From Patescibacteria group bacterium (lineage in GTDB: Bacteria; Patescibacteriota; Patescibacteriia; UBA2591; UBA6264), in the NCBI GenBank assembly GCA_016784145.1, contig JADHVF010000001.1, positions 90,367 to 154,366 on the forward strand: 64,000 bases of DNA, given 5' to 3'. A program made the position numbers and the translations under genes. Shown in pieces: positions 47,801-56,846 of this stretch. Every line of letters begins with the position of its first letter. Within the stretch, counting starts at the first letter, position 1. The notes beneath the pieces were generated by a model. The model saw only the letters and a program-made list of their open reading frames with translations, was not told the origin of the DNA and did no database searches.

Positions 47801-47970
47801 GGGAAAATGATTTCCTTGACCATGTTTTCGGTTGGCATTAAAAATACAGGAGTATCTATCTCAGGTAAAAGATCCTGTGCAGACGTGAATTTATAATTAA
47901 TAAAAATCAAAAATAATACAGCCACCATACTGATAAATAATAAAATTTTTATTATTGTTTTTTTAAACAT
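44854..47970 (-). CDS. Large exported protein: GspG/pilin-like helix, Cys-rich repeats, three fibronectin type III domains
   Basis: Signal/TM; KRDLNRIYDF...L..Y....G.YP...LPIDPIN; CGNNIMECGEVCD; WGAWG(S/T)C repeats; FN3 (L.W.DN...ETG..IER...Y.Y..KAYN). Confidence 0.85.
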   Translation of the reverse strand: MFKKTIIKILLFISMVAVLFLIFINYKFTSAQDLLPEIDTPVFLMPTENMVKEIIFPITGNDDVIGLRVYKNPKRFKVLDWYNEYAYSPGSPTNVVIDGYNGLNDGRTIYVGVADVMDEETSPVINTRIYLISRNDNASSDTINIFNQMLSNWRFNVNIEDENHKNQIKRDLNRIYDFKQAIIPNLKNYKNSSGNYPELTSGTYIQGQTNSKWISWQNVFGSLLGQTLPIDPINEFNGFCAGCPSDTDSSDYQCNNTCYNSNTFYFEHPNGSYVYQYYAPEDSACLGDYYTGAANFEYKPTDGYVTWQGEDISGNEDNIIISQLDEIGISNFSYSPPEAPVCGNNIMECGEVCDQNQNSKENAFCNQTTLCFGWACEIDWADCNGDLQEDTSNGCETHIGGSADNCDVCGNICYVPDNGTSQCIDGECSWSCNENYRGWQNTCQLDQCQSPAGEINDSNAQTCSIANGQGEQQRYCEDYYPTQPTPDWGAWGSCYATTCNNDYRGCTPGQTCLLANNDCIYCGLDHCVSPNTDIDQSQTRDCGMANGNGEQERTCLDSCPNPDWGAWGTCYVTACDYGYRIYQSYNICELDHCSDDENTWGTIGDFDTRDCTALKEHAQDADESRECIDSHPPFWQNWSCVLNECLYNPTDGYYRIYNNQCEVAHCTDAFTNPDVPANNSETQVCDLYCDLYGTQVDCGDGTQHRDCNFSIHPPAWPNWSGITCLVDNCINGYHQVGDDSCVIDIPSTPSDLSATVISSSQIELSWTDNADTETGIKIERSSDGVIWQEINTVAYDVTSYIDGSLAPNTLYHYQIKAYNNGGDSTYSNIAFETTHPLAPLAPSGLSALAVSSSQVNLSWSDNSTNETGFIIERADLIDGTWTSWVEIVALGVNENSYNNDTGLGINMTYNYKVKAYNSGGSSGYSNQSEVTTLLPAPALNFCQIDDEEIRLLWPDYGDNGQTGFILERKFNSESWLILTDSIPANEYLYNDENVMGNTGDIYHYRIKAYNINNTSEYSNEVMVNYYCFFYQEGCSSCN

Positions 47971-47977
47971 AAATTAT

Positions 47978-50900
47978 TTAATCCCTACAATATAATAATT
48001 CAAAATTGGTTTCTTCATTTTCACCAACAGCATTACCATAATTGGTTCCTCCTGTCCAATCCTGATAAAACCAAGGATTTTCACATAAAAAAACCTTGGT
48101 TTGAATCTTTTTTAAATATTGATCCCCAACTGTCTGATTAAGAGCATCAATAATGATTTCAATGCCTCCTATTATTTCAGAGTTCCCATTATTATTTTGA
48201 ACCACCCCTGTTTCATTATCAGTAGTTGACGAATCATTAATATTGATTATCTCTTGGTCAGAAGATGACCATAACCATTGCCATTCATATAGGTTTGTCA
48301 CTTGTATAATTTGATTATTGTCATCATCTTTTACTGTTGCCATAAAATCAATATCATCTCCTGCATTAAAAAAGATAAAATCATTCTCTGAAATTTCTTG
48401 AGTATTTTCAATAATTTCAGGAATTACGTCTATATCTATTAAGTTTGCCGAACAAATATCTTCTTTGGTTGAAAATTCAAACAAATAATCATTTCCCATG
48501 ACAATATCATAAAAACTATATATTCCATTTTCTCCTCCACTGATTTCTATCTTATAATCATTATTGGCTATTAATAATCCTACATTTATATAAACTTCTG
48601 TTTTATTATTAGCATTATGAAATTTAGATATAACAATTGGCAATTCACACCACCAAACACCTTGCGCTTCTTCATAACAATTTAATTCTGTCTGAGATGC
48701 CTCATATTTGCCATAAAAATTTATTGTGGTTGATGAAATAGTGGCTAAGTTTGCCTTTTGATTAAATACAATAATAGGAAAAATATTTCTACAAACACCA
48801 GATTCATTATTACTTGGATTGATTGACTCTATATTAATTTGTGTAGCAACCTCTAAATGAATTTGTGCTTCCGTATCTTGCCCATCAAGAGTTGTGGTTG
48901 AAACAATATCAATTTCACCCAAAGAAACAGATTCTGCTTGAGCTTGAGATGGTTCTGTTTGTGGTGTTATTGTAGCAATGCCAATATCTGATGATGCCCA
49001 TGCCCATGTCATACCACTTGTTAAAATCTGACAATTTGGACCAATGGCAGAAGAAAAATAATCTCTTGTATTAGGGTGGATAATTTTTCCTGGCAATTCA
49101 TCTGCTGGAACATTTTCAATAAGCATAACCTGTTCAACCGGACAAAGTTCTTCTTGATTATTTGTTTTAAATTTCCAAACATAATCATCATTAGGAGTGT
49201 TATCTTCAAATCCATTTTCGTTACCATCTAATTGATTGCCTGTTTCTCCTACAACACCGCTAGGACCACTTTTAATAATTGCCTGATACCAATAATTAGC
49301 ATCTAAAAGATTATCTGGTTCAAATTTAACCCCAGTATAATTTGATAATTGCATTTCTATTATTGAGCCACTAATTACAACGCAATCCTCTTGATCAAAA
49401 TCTTCATTAGCAGAATTACATTTTTTAATAATAATATTATTATTATTTAACCCAGTAGTTACAATTTGATTAAATTCAACTAAAATGCCTGCGTTTTTAC
49501 AAGCATAATCTGAGTCAGGCCATGGGTTTGGAGTTCTGTATGAAGAAGAACAATCATTCCTTTGGGCTACCATTAATAACTCTTCTCCTTCTGGAATTTC
49601 AGTCATAAAATGTAAAGAATTGCTATTTATCCATTCTTCATCCCATATTTCTTCCCAATCACCAAAACAGGTCTCCCCAAACTGAAAACCATTACAAACT
49701 AAACGAAAATTTGTTTTAATTTTTTTCCTTACAAACACTCCTCCTGTAACTGCTTGAGCTGGTACAGCAATATCATCTATTAAAGTATCAGATACCCATG
49801 ATAAAACTCCAGCCAATTTATTATTTTTAAAAATTAGTTCTCTACCCGTAATTTCAGGTTCTAAGGTAAATCTCACTCCCTTTATTTCAATAGGAGAATA
49901 CCCTACTAGCCCATAATAAGGATCTATTGAACACAAAGCTGGGCCTAATGGGCTTTTATTAACTTCCCATGATTTTTCATTACTATTAATTCCAGCTGAT
50001 GTTTCAATGAAAACATCAACATCATAATTATTTGATTCTTCTGAAAGAGCAGGCAATTCGTTTGGCACCACAACAATAATTTGTTCATTAGTCCAGTTAG
50101 ATGGACAAAAATCTGGCAAAGAATCAGCTAAATAATTAATTCCATTATATTTAAAATAAACATTTCCAAAAGATGAACCAAAGTTTTCGCCTTTAATAGT
50201 TATCCAAGTTGTCAAGGGCCCATTATCAGGAGTAATTTTAATAATTTTAGGTGGTTTATAAAATGGAACCGGATTAGACGCCTTTAAGGGAAATCCTGTT
50301 TCAATTGGTGAGCGAACCCTAACAATAACATCTGCTTCTTGTTCTTGATTGTTTGGCACATTAAAACCAATTGATATATTTTCCCAATTATTCTCGTCAA
50401 TTCCATCAATAGTTGTGCCCGCAAAAGTAACATTACTATCCCCAATATCATTACCAAAACTAATTCCATTAATATCAATATTATCTCCAACATTACCATT
50501 ATTTGGGTTTAATTTACAAATTGCCGGATGAAATTCAGCAGTAACGAAGAAATCTTCTTTATTGCTTTCTCCCCAATAAGGATCAATTACAGCTACCTGA
50601 TAACTTTCATCCATTGTTAGCTCTGCTGGAACAACTGCTACAATTTTTGTATCTGACCAATTATTACAACCTATTTCAGCTGTATAAATGTTTTCTTGTG
50701 AATCCTTAAACCCAATATATTTTTGTCCTTTATTATTACTAAAATGTTCCCCCGTAATAGTAATATAAGTTGGGATGGTAATATCATTTGTTCCTCTATT
50801 TGGACTAATTTCCGTGATAACTGGCAATTGATGGTCTAAAGAAGTGAAAGGCAAAGGATTGCTTTGACCAATGTTATTAATTAAAACAACATCACCTGTG

Positions 50901-53017
50901 ACTGTTCCAAGAGGAACCAGTGCTGAAGATACTTTAATATCTGTCCATGAATCATAAGAAGCAATTTTATTAGAATAAAACCTTACTTGAGATAATTCAG
51001 ATTCCTCATCAAATCTTATTCCTCTTAAATCAACATTATTTATGTTTGGATAACCATAAGCAGGTGTTATTTTAAATAAGCATGGTCCTTGTGCCTGAAA
51101 CAAACTATCAACATAAAATTGAGAAGAATTACTTTCCAAGGACTGCCCACTATCTTCATAAACAATTGATGTTTTAACATCAAGTATATCCCCCTCCAAG
51201 TAGTCTGCCCCTTCATTGTCAGACGGAACCATTGTAGTAATGTATCGCCCGTCATAACCTTGAACAGGCATTGTGATAATAGTACTTGTGGCTGCCCCGG
51301 CAACAAAATTAACATCAAAAGGTTCGGCTGGCTGATAAGTTGTCCCGGCCAAACATGAACCATGAATTGTCAAACACTCCCCTTCTGATCCTTGATCCGG
51401 GGTTAACCGCGAAATAAATGGAGAACAAACACATGTTTCTAAAGTAGCTGAAGTAAAATCCCATGAATGTGTGAGTAAATCTCCTTGCTGATTCATCACT
51501 AAATCAGTCATTATAGATACATTATATGGTGTATTATTTTGCAAATTATTGTCTAATTCAAGTATAAAAACCTTGAATTTGTTCATATTTTGAACATCAT
51601 CAACCCTAAATGTTCCACCCGCAAATTGAACAGAGTATGGTTCGCCAACTTGAGATGGGTTTATGCTTATGTTTATATTGTCCCCTCCCCCTGTTAAAGT
51701 AATTTCAACCCGTTTGTTATACATAGATGTATTGAAAACAGCCATAATGTCAGCATCTGGACAGGTATTGTCTCCAGTAGGATGCCATGATTTTATGCCA
51801 GGAGATGAATCATTTGTTTGAAATTCCCACTCTTTTGCTTCAGTCATTTCATTGCCACAAAGGTCCATAATATGTTCAACGTGAATTCTATACCAAGTAA
51901 ATGATTCCAATAAATTACTATCAATTAATTCTAAATTAAAACCATTACCAGCCATCTCTACCTCCCAAACATCAGCCATAAATGTTTCTTCTATTGCTCC
52001 TCCTTCTTCACTCAATTTGTCTACCCAAATATTATTTGCTATTAAATTATTGTTTTCGTCCATTACTGTCGTCACATCAATCGGCTCTGAAAATCTTACT
52101 TGAATAACTGGGTTCATGGAGACATTTGTGTCTGGATAATCAAGGTCATTAATATCAGAAATTGGATAAGTTGAAGTAACTTCCGGATTAATGATGTCTG
52201 TTGTTTCTCCGGTTGTAAAATCCCAAATAAAATTACTGCCTGTTTCTTGACAATTACCCGAGGCAATACATTCTTGTAATGTCCGGCCCTGCGAATCTAA
52301 TATTTGTTTTGGTAAATAAGCAGAATAATTAGTATTAGCATCAAAAAGTGTAGCCACATGTTTAAAAATAATAGCATTATTACGTGTTTGCCATGTTCCA
52401 GTAAAAATTTCTCCAACATTATTAGTTATTTTTATGCTTTCATCAAGAACTAAATCATCTATTTTCCCGCTATTAACCCTAGAATTAAAAAGGGGCTGAA
52501 CAGCTGAACAAAGATATACATCTTGATGATAGCTTGCCTCATCCCCACCATGAGTTGTCTCAATTTTGGTTATTTTAAAAACATCACCATATGAACCAGA
52601 ACCACCTGGGTCTCCTCCTGATCCTGTCCACCCCTCCCCTGTAATTCCAGCAAATCTAGTCATTATAAAAGCCACTATTGCATACGAAGAAAGAATAATT
52701 ATCATTCCAATTATGCCTTCTTGCATAATTCTTCTAGCTTTTTTTATTTTTTCAGGGTCACCAGCTGAAGTTAACCAAATAACCCCTCCTGTTATTATTA
52801 TAATTACACCGATTAATCCGAGTAAACCAAGCACGATTTTTATAATATTGCCAACAACTTGAGGTAAATCAGCTTGTCCATACCCGGCTGTGTTGCCAAA
52901 ATCTGACAAGCCTTGGTTAAGATTCATTTCATTTTGAGCTAAAACATTAGCAAGAGGTGAAAAAAATAAAAAAGCAAAAAATAATAATAAAAATATAATT
53001 TTAAAAATATTCTTCAT
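47978..53017 (-). CDS. 1679-aa protein: TrbC/VirB2-like pilin domain fused to Ig-like (Big_5-type) and IPT/TIG repeats
   Basis: Signal peptide; VGNIIKIVLGLLGLIGVIIIITGGVIWLTSAGDPEKIKKARR...IIG..II..SYAI; F(S/N)EP.D / W.F.T Ig motifs; I..I.P..G....ITI.G..F IPT motifs. Confidence 0.88.
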   Translation of the reverse strand: MKNIFKIIFLLLFFAFLFFSPLANVLAQNEMNLNQGLSDFGNTAGYGQADLPQVVGNIIKIVLGLLGLIGVIIIITGGVIWLTSAGDPEKIKKARRIMQEGIIGMIIILSSYAIVAFIMTRFAGITGEGWTGSGGDPGGSGSYGDVFKITKIETTHGGDEASYHQDVYLCSAVQPLFNSRVNSGKIDDLVLDESIKITNNVGEIFTGTWQTRNNAIIFKHVATLFDANTNYSAYLPKQILDSQGRTLQECIASGNCQETGSNFIWDFTTGETTDIINPEVTSTYPISDINDLDYPDTNVSMNPVIQVRFSEPIDVTTVMDENNNLIANNIWVDKLSEEGGAIEETFMADVWEVEMAGNGFNLELIDSNLLESFTWYRIHVEHIMDLCGNEMTEAKEWEFQTNDSSPGIKSWHPTGDNTCPDADIMAVFNTSMYNKRVEITLTGGGDNINISINPSQVGEPYSVQFAGGTFRVDDVQNMNKFKVFILELDNNLQNNTPYNVSIMTDLVMNQQGDLLTHSWDFTSATLETCVCSPFISRLTPDQGSEGECLTIHGSCLAGTTYQPAEPFDVNFVAGAATSTIITMPVQGYDGRYITTMVPSDNEGADYLEGDILDVKTSIVYEDSGQSLESNSSQFYVDSLFQAQGPCLFKITPAYGYPNINNVDLRGIRFDEESELSQVRFYSNKIASYDSWTDIKVSSALVPLGTVTGDVVLINNIGQSNPLPFTSLDHQLPVITEISPNRGTNDITIPTYITITGEHFSNNKGQKYIGFKDSQENIYTAEIGCNNWSDTKIVAVVPAELTMDESYQVAVIDPYWGESNKEDFFVTAEFHPAICKLNPNNGNVGDNIDINGISFGNDIGDSNVTFAGTTIDGIDENNWENISIGFNVPNNQEQEADVIVRVRSPIETGFPLKASNPVPFYKPPKIIKITPDNGPLTTWITIKGENFGSSFGNVYFKYNGINYLADSLPDFCPSNWTNEQIIVVVPNELPALSEESNNYDVDVFIETSAGINSNEKSWEVNKSPLGPALCSIDPYYGLVGYSPIEIKGVRFTLEPEITGRELIFKNNKLAGVLSWVSDTLIDDIAVPAQAVTGGVFVRKKIKTNFRLVCNGFQFGETCFGDWEEIWDEEWINSNSLHFMTEIPEGEELLMVAQRNDCSSSYRTPNPWPDSDYACKNAGILVEFNQIVTTGLNNNNIIIKKCNSANEDFDQEDCVVISGSIIEMQLSNYTGVKFEPDNLLDANYWYQAIIKSGPSGVVGETGNQLDGNENGFEDNTPNDDYVWKFKTNNQEELCPVEQVMLIENVPADELPGKIIHPNTRDYFSSAIGPNCQILTSGMTWAWASSDIGIATITPQTEPSQAQAESVSLGEIDIVSTTTLDGQDTEAQIHLEVATQINIESINPSNNESGVCRNIFPIIVFNQKANLATISSTTINFYGKYEASQTELNCYEEAQGVWWCELPIVISKFHNANNKTEVYINVGLLIANNDYKIEISGGENGIYSFYDIVMGNDYLFEFSTKEDICSANLIDIDVIPEIIENTQEISENDFIFFNAGDDIDFMATVKDDDNNQIIQVTNLYEWQWLWSSSDQEIININDSSTTDNETGVVQNNNGNSEIIGGIEIIIDALNQTVGDQYLKKIQTKVFLCENPWFYQDWTGGTNYGNAVGENEETNFELLYCRD

Positions 53018-53024
53018 CTTAAAA

Positions 53025-53483
53025 TTAAATATTAGATAATTGCTTTTGAACTATTTGTTTAATTTTGTCGCCTGAAGCTCTGCCTTTTATTTCTTTTATC
53101 GCCATGCCCATTACCTTGCCAAAATCTTTCATTCCCTGAGCATTTATGTTTTTTATAATTTCTGAAACTATTTTAATAATAATTGCTTTATCAAGTTCAA
53201 CTGGTAAATATTTTGATAAAATTTTTAATTCATTGGCTTCTTTCTCAAGCAAATCCTTTCTGCCTCCTTTTTTATAAAACTCAATTGCTTCTGTCCGTTT
53301 CTTGGCTTGTTTTTGAATTATATTAACTGCAATCTCATCTGTCATTAATTGCTCAAGAGGACGTAATTCAACTTCTTTATTTAATAAAGCAGTTTTTATA
53401 TCTCTTAAAACAACTGCCAAATCACGGTCTTTTGATTTTATAGATTTTATTAAATCTACTTCAATTTGTTTTAATAATTCCAT
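53025..53483 (-). CDS. GatB/YqeY domain protein
   Basis: KKRTEAIEFYKKGGR..L.EKE..E..IL..YLP; MKDFGKVMG. Confidence 0.92.
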   Translation of the reverse strand: MELLKQIEVDLIKSIKSKDRDLAVVLRDIKTALLNKEVELRPLEQLMTDEIAVNIIQKQAKKRTEAIEFYKKGGRKDLLEKEANELKILSKYLPVELDKAIIIKIVSEIIKNINAQGMKDFGKVMGMAIKEIKGRASGDKIKQIVQKQLSNI

Positions 53484-53487
53484 AAAA

Positions 53488-53706
53488 TTATTTTATTCTA
53501 CCTGTTTTTTTTAAATAAAATAATTGCTCTGACGTTTTCTTTTTCTTGAGTGCGTTTTCTTTCCTGGCCCTTTTATTTAAGGGTTTGGTTAGAAATTTTG
53601 TTTTTTTCTTTTGGTTAAGAATACCACTACGTTTTACTCTGTCAGAAAATTTTTTTAGAAAAAAATTCATTGGTTCATTTTGTTTTCTTTTGCTTTCAAT
53701 TGCCAT
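53488..53706 (-). CDS. rpsU: 30S ribosomal protein bS21
   Basis: 72 aa, basic, RKQNEP...LKKF...V.RSG pattern; classic rpsU-yqeY adjacency. Confidence 0.75.
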   Translation of the reverse strand: MAIESKRKQNEPMNFFLKKFSDRVKRSGILNQKKKTKFLTKPLNKRARKENALKKKKTSEQLFYLKKTGRIK

Positions 53707-53746
53707 AATAATTTCATTTTAACAAACATAAATTAAAAAGTAAATA

Positions 53747-54604
53747 TTATTTATGTTTTTGTATTTTATTTATTATTCTATTTAAATCATCATTATTATA
53801 TGCTTCAATAATAATTTTAACTTTTTTCACGGTTGGCTGTAATTTAACTTTTGTTTCAAGAAATAATGATAATTCTTCTTCTTTGGCTAATAAATTTCTA
53901 TCAGGAGTTATTTTTTTTCTAAATTTATTGCCAGCTGCTATTTGAGCTGTTTCCCTAACAGTCAATCCTGCTCCAAGTATTCTTTTTAACATTAATTTTC
54001 TACTTTGTTCATTTTTAATTGCTAGTAAGGCCTTAGCATGTCCCTCTGTTATCCTTTCGTCTCTAACTGCTTGTTGAATTATGTCTGGCAAAGTTAATAA
54101 TCGTAATGTATTAGCAATGTTTGCTCTTGACTTCCCTATCCTCTCTGATATTTGCTCTTGAGTTAGATTAAATTCATCAATTAATCTTTGATAAGCAACT
54201 GCATTTTCCATTGGATTTAAGTCTTTTCTTTGAATATTTTCTATTAAAGAAATTTCTAATTTTTCATTATTTTTAATTGAGCGAACCAATGACGGCACTT
54301 CATCCATTTCTAAAAATTTAGCAGACCGCCAACGTCTTTCTCCTGCAATTATTTCATATTTATCAGGCGATGAAGAAATTTTAGTAAGAATTATTGGCTG
54401 AATAATCCCATTTTTTTTAATTGAATTAATTAATTCTTCCATTTCAGAATGAGCAAAATTTTTTCTTGGTTGATTTGGGTTTGGATTAATTTGATTTATT
54501 GGTATTAACAAAACATTTTCTTTTGTTTTTCCCAAAACTTCTTGTGAGTGTTTTCTAATTGATTTTGAAGGGATTAAAGCCCCTATTCCTCTTCCTAAAG
54601 ACAT
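53747..54604 (-). CDS. parB: ParB/Spo0J partition protein
   Basis: LGRG, PNPNQPRK, IIAGERRWR, LIENIQRKDLNP, HTH. Confidence 0.96.
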   Translation of the reverse strand: MSLGRGIGALIPSKSIRKHSQEVLGKTKENVLLIPINQINPNPNQPRKNFAHSEMEELINSIKKNGIIQPIILTKISSSPDKYEIIAGERRWRSAKFLEMDEVPSLVRSIKNNEKLEISLIENIQRKDLNPMENAVAYQRLIDEFNLTQEQISERIGKSRANIANTLRLLTLPDIIQQAVRDERITEGHAKALLAIKNEQSRKLMLKRILGAGLTVRETAQIAAGNKFRKKITPDRNLLAKEEELSLFLETKVKLQPTVKKVKIIIEAYNNDDLNRIINKIQKHK

Positions 54605-54607
54605 AAT

Positions 54608-55387
54608 TTAAAAATTTTTATGTTCAAATAAAATTTCTTTGGCTAATCTTTTATAGGCATTAGCACCTTTTGATTTTGGAGCATGCTCTAAAATTGTTTT
54701 ACTATGACTAGGAGCTTCTGCTAAAGAAGTATTTCTTGGTATTACTGTTCTAAATATTTTATAAGGAAAATTCTTATAAAGTTCTTGCCAAACATCATAT
54801 GAAAGTTTATTTCTTTTATCATACATTGTTAAAACAGCTCCCATGATTGATAAATCTGGTTTCAATTCTTGTTTTATTAAGTTAATTGATTGAATGAGCT
54901 GTGTGAGCCCCTCTAAAGCATAGTATTCTGTTTGAACAGGGATAAGTATTTCATCTGCTGCCACCATTGCATTCAATGTAATTAATCCAAAAGAAGGAGG
55001 TGTGTCAATAAAAACAAAATCAAATTCATTTTCAGTATTATTAAAAAATGATTTTACAACTTGAGATAAAATTGATTCTCTATTATCTGCATTTACTAAC
55101 TCAATGTCAGCTCCCACTAAATTAGGAGTTGCCGGGGAAAGCCAAAAGTTAGGTAAAACCTCGTTCATTGATGCCCCTAAAGATATCTCTTTACTTAATA
55201 CTTCATAAATTCCCTTGTCATTATTTTCCTGTCCTAATCCAGAACTTGCGTTTGATTGAGGGTCTAAATCAATTAATAAAACTTTTTTGCCAAAATAAGC
55301 CAGAAAAGCTGGCAAATTTACAGCTATATTTGTTTTGCCAGTTCCTCCTTTTCTATTACAAATTGCTATTACAATTGGTTTTTGCAT
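54608..55387 (-). CDS. parA: ParA/Soj ATPase
   Basis: NRKGGTGKT, DLDPQSNA, IDTPPS, PVQTEYYALEG, LAEAPS. Confidence 0.96.
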   Translation of the reverse strand: MQKPIVIAICNRKGGTGKTNIAVNLPAFLAYFGKKVLLIDLDPQSNASSGLGQENNDKGIYEVLSKEISLGASMNEVLPNFWLSPATPNLVGADIELVNADNRESILSQVVKSFFNNTENEFDFVFIDTPPSFGLITLNAMVAADEILIPVQTEYYALEGLTQLIQSINLIKQELKPDLSIMGAVLTMYDKRNKLSYDVWQELYKNFPYKIFRTVIPRNTSLAEAPSHSKTILEHAPKSKGANAYKRLAKEILFEHKNF

Positions 55388-55396
55388 CTTAAAAGA

Positions 55397-55771
55397 TTAT
55401 AACATTAATAATAAAAAAATGCCACCCATTAAATCTGCCATAATGTCCCAAAAAGTATCAACCCTTCCTTGTTGTAGTGCCATTAAATTATAAGAAATCC
55501 CAATACTGTGATCAATTATATATTCTGATATTTCCCATATTATTCCAATTAAAAAAACAAGCATAATTGATTTTATCTTTACATGTTTCTGTTTTTTTTC
55601 TTGTAAAGTCCATATAGATAATAGCCCAATACTTGCTCCGGCTAAAAAATGAAGAACTTTATCATATAAGAAAATCGTATAATAATACTCCCTCCACCCC
55701 AACCAATGCAAAAGCATAAAAAATGGTATACAAATTAAAAAATATATTTTTATTTTTTTAGAATAATTCAT
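55397..55771 (-). CDS. VanZ/DUF2238-like membrane protein
   Basis: DKVLHFLAG, WEISEY, DTFWDIMADLMG; ATG 55771. Confidence 0.75.
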   Translation of the reverse strand: MNYSKKIKIYFLICIPFFMLLHWLGWREYYYTIFLYDKVLHFLAGASIGLLSIWTLQEKKQKHVKIKSIMLVFLIGIIWEISEYIIDHSIGISYNLMALQQGRVDTFWDIMADLMGGIFLLLML

Positions 55772-55816
55772 AAACAAGGAAAGAGGCCATAAGTTTTATC
55801 AAATAGCCTCTTTTTT

Positions 55817-56356
55817 TTAAAACGGGAGTTTAGTTTTTTGCTTATATTCTTCATATTCCTTAAACCATGATGTTAAAAAATATTCCTCTTGCCTCATGCA
55901 ATTAATTATAAATGCAGTCCCAAGAGTTAGAACAATTATTAAGAAATAACTTGCCAAAGTCATCTCAAAGCCAATCCCCATTAATAAGCTACCAATATAA
56001 ATTGGATGTCTTACATATTTATACGGACCAGTATCAACTAATATCTTTGGCTTGGCTATACAACGAGCTGTTCTCCAATTATTTTTAAGTTCTTTTCTCC
56101 CCCAAACAGATATAAATACTCCTGCTAAGAAAATTAAAAAACCAATTGATTGATATGGTTCTATTAAAGACCATGCCCAAACATCAACAAATAACTGAAA
56201 AACAATTACGCTTATAGTGATTATTTCTGCCAGGATAATAGAAATAAAATAAAATTTTATTCTCCACCCTTTATCATTAAAATCACCATTTAGCCCTACA
56301 ACTGAAAATCTACTCAAAAAATAAACTATAATCCCTGTAATTAACAATATCTTCAT
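55817..56356 (-). CDS. Isoprenylcysteine carboxylmethyltransferase / phospholipid methyltransferase family membrane protein
   Basis: LVDTGPYKYVRHPIY, EEYFL; ATG 56356 with GGAGG SD; promoter TTGACA(56425)-N17-TATAAT; hairpin 55780-55813. Confidence 0.88.
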   Translation of the reverse strand: MKILLITGIIVYFLSRFSVVGLNGDFNDKGWRIKFYFISIILAEIITISVIVFQLFVDVWAWSLIEPYQSIGFLIFLAGVFISVWGRKELKNNWRTARCIAKPKILVDTGPYKYVRHPIYIGSLLMGIGFEMTLASYFLIIVLTLGTAFIINCMRQEEYFLTSWFKEYEEYKQKTKLPF

Positions 56357-56444
56357 ATCGCCCTCCATTGTTTGATTTTGTGATGAACTATAAAGGATTA
56401 TATCAAATTTTAGCTATTTTGTCAATCCAATGTCATTTAATGAT

Positions 56445-56822
56445 TTAAAGATGTTTTTCAATTTTATCTAATATTTCAGTTAAATGAATATCTGCCTTAA
56501 TCAAATAATCAACCGCCCCCAAAGCTTTACCCTTGGCAACTTCTTTTTCTTGCCCCATGTTAGACAGAATAATAACTGGCGTATTTTGTAAAGCTGGGTT
56601 GTATTCCATTTTTTTCAAAACTTCAAACCCATCTAATTTGGGCATTATAATATCAAGCAATATCAAGTTTGGCTTTTCTTTGATAGCCAAATTTATTGCT
56701 TGTTCTCCGTTTTCAGCCGTAATCACAATATAGCCGGCACTGGATACCATGCCTTTTAAAATATTGCGCATATCTGGCTCGTCTTCTGCAATTAAAATTT
56801 TAATTTTTTTTGTTGCTGACAT
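56445..56822 (-). CDS. Single-domain response regulator (receiver only)
   Basis: ILIAEDE, LLDIIMPKLDG, LSN, GAVDYLIK. Confidence 0.93.
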   Translation of the reverse strand: MSATKKIKILIAEDEPDMRNILKGMVSSAGYIVITAENGEQAINLAIKEKPNLILLDIIMPKLDGFEVLKKMEYNPALQNTPVIILSNMGQEKEVAKGKALGAVDYLIKADIHLTEILDKIEKHL

Positions 56823-56846
56823 AATTTATTAATTTTATTTTGTTAT

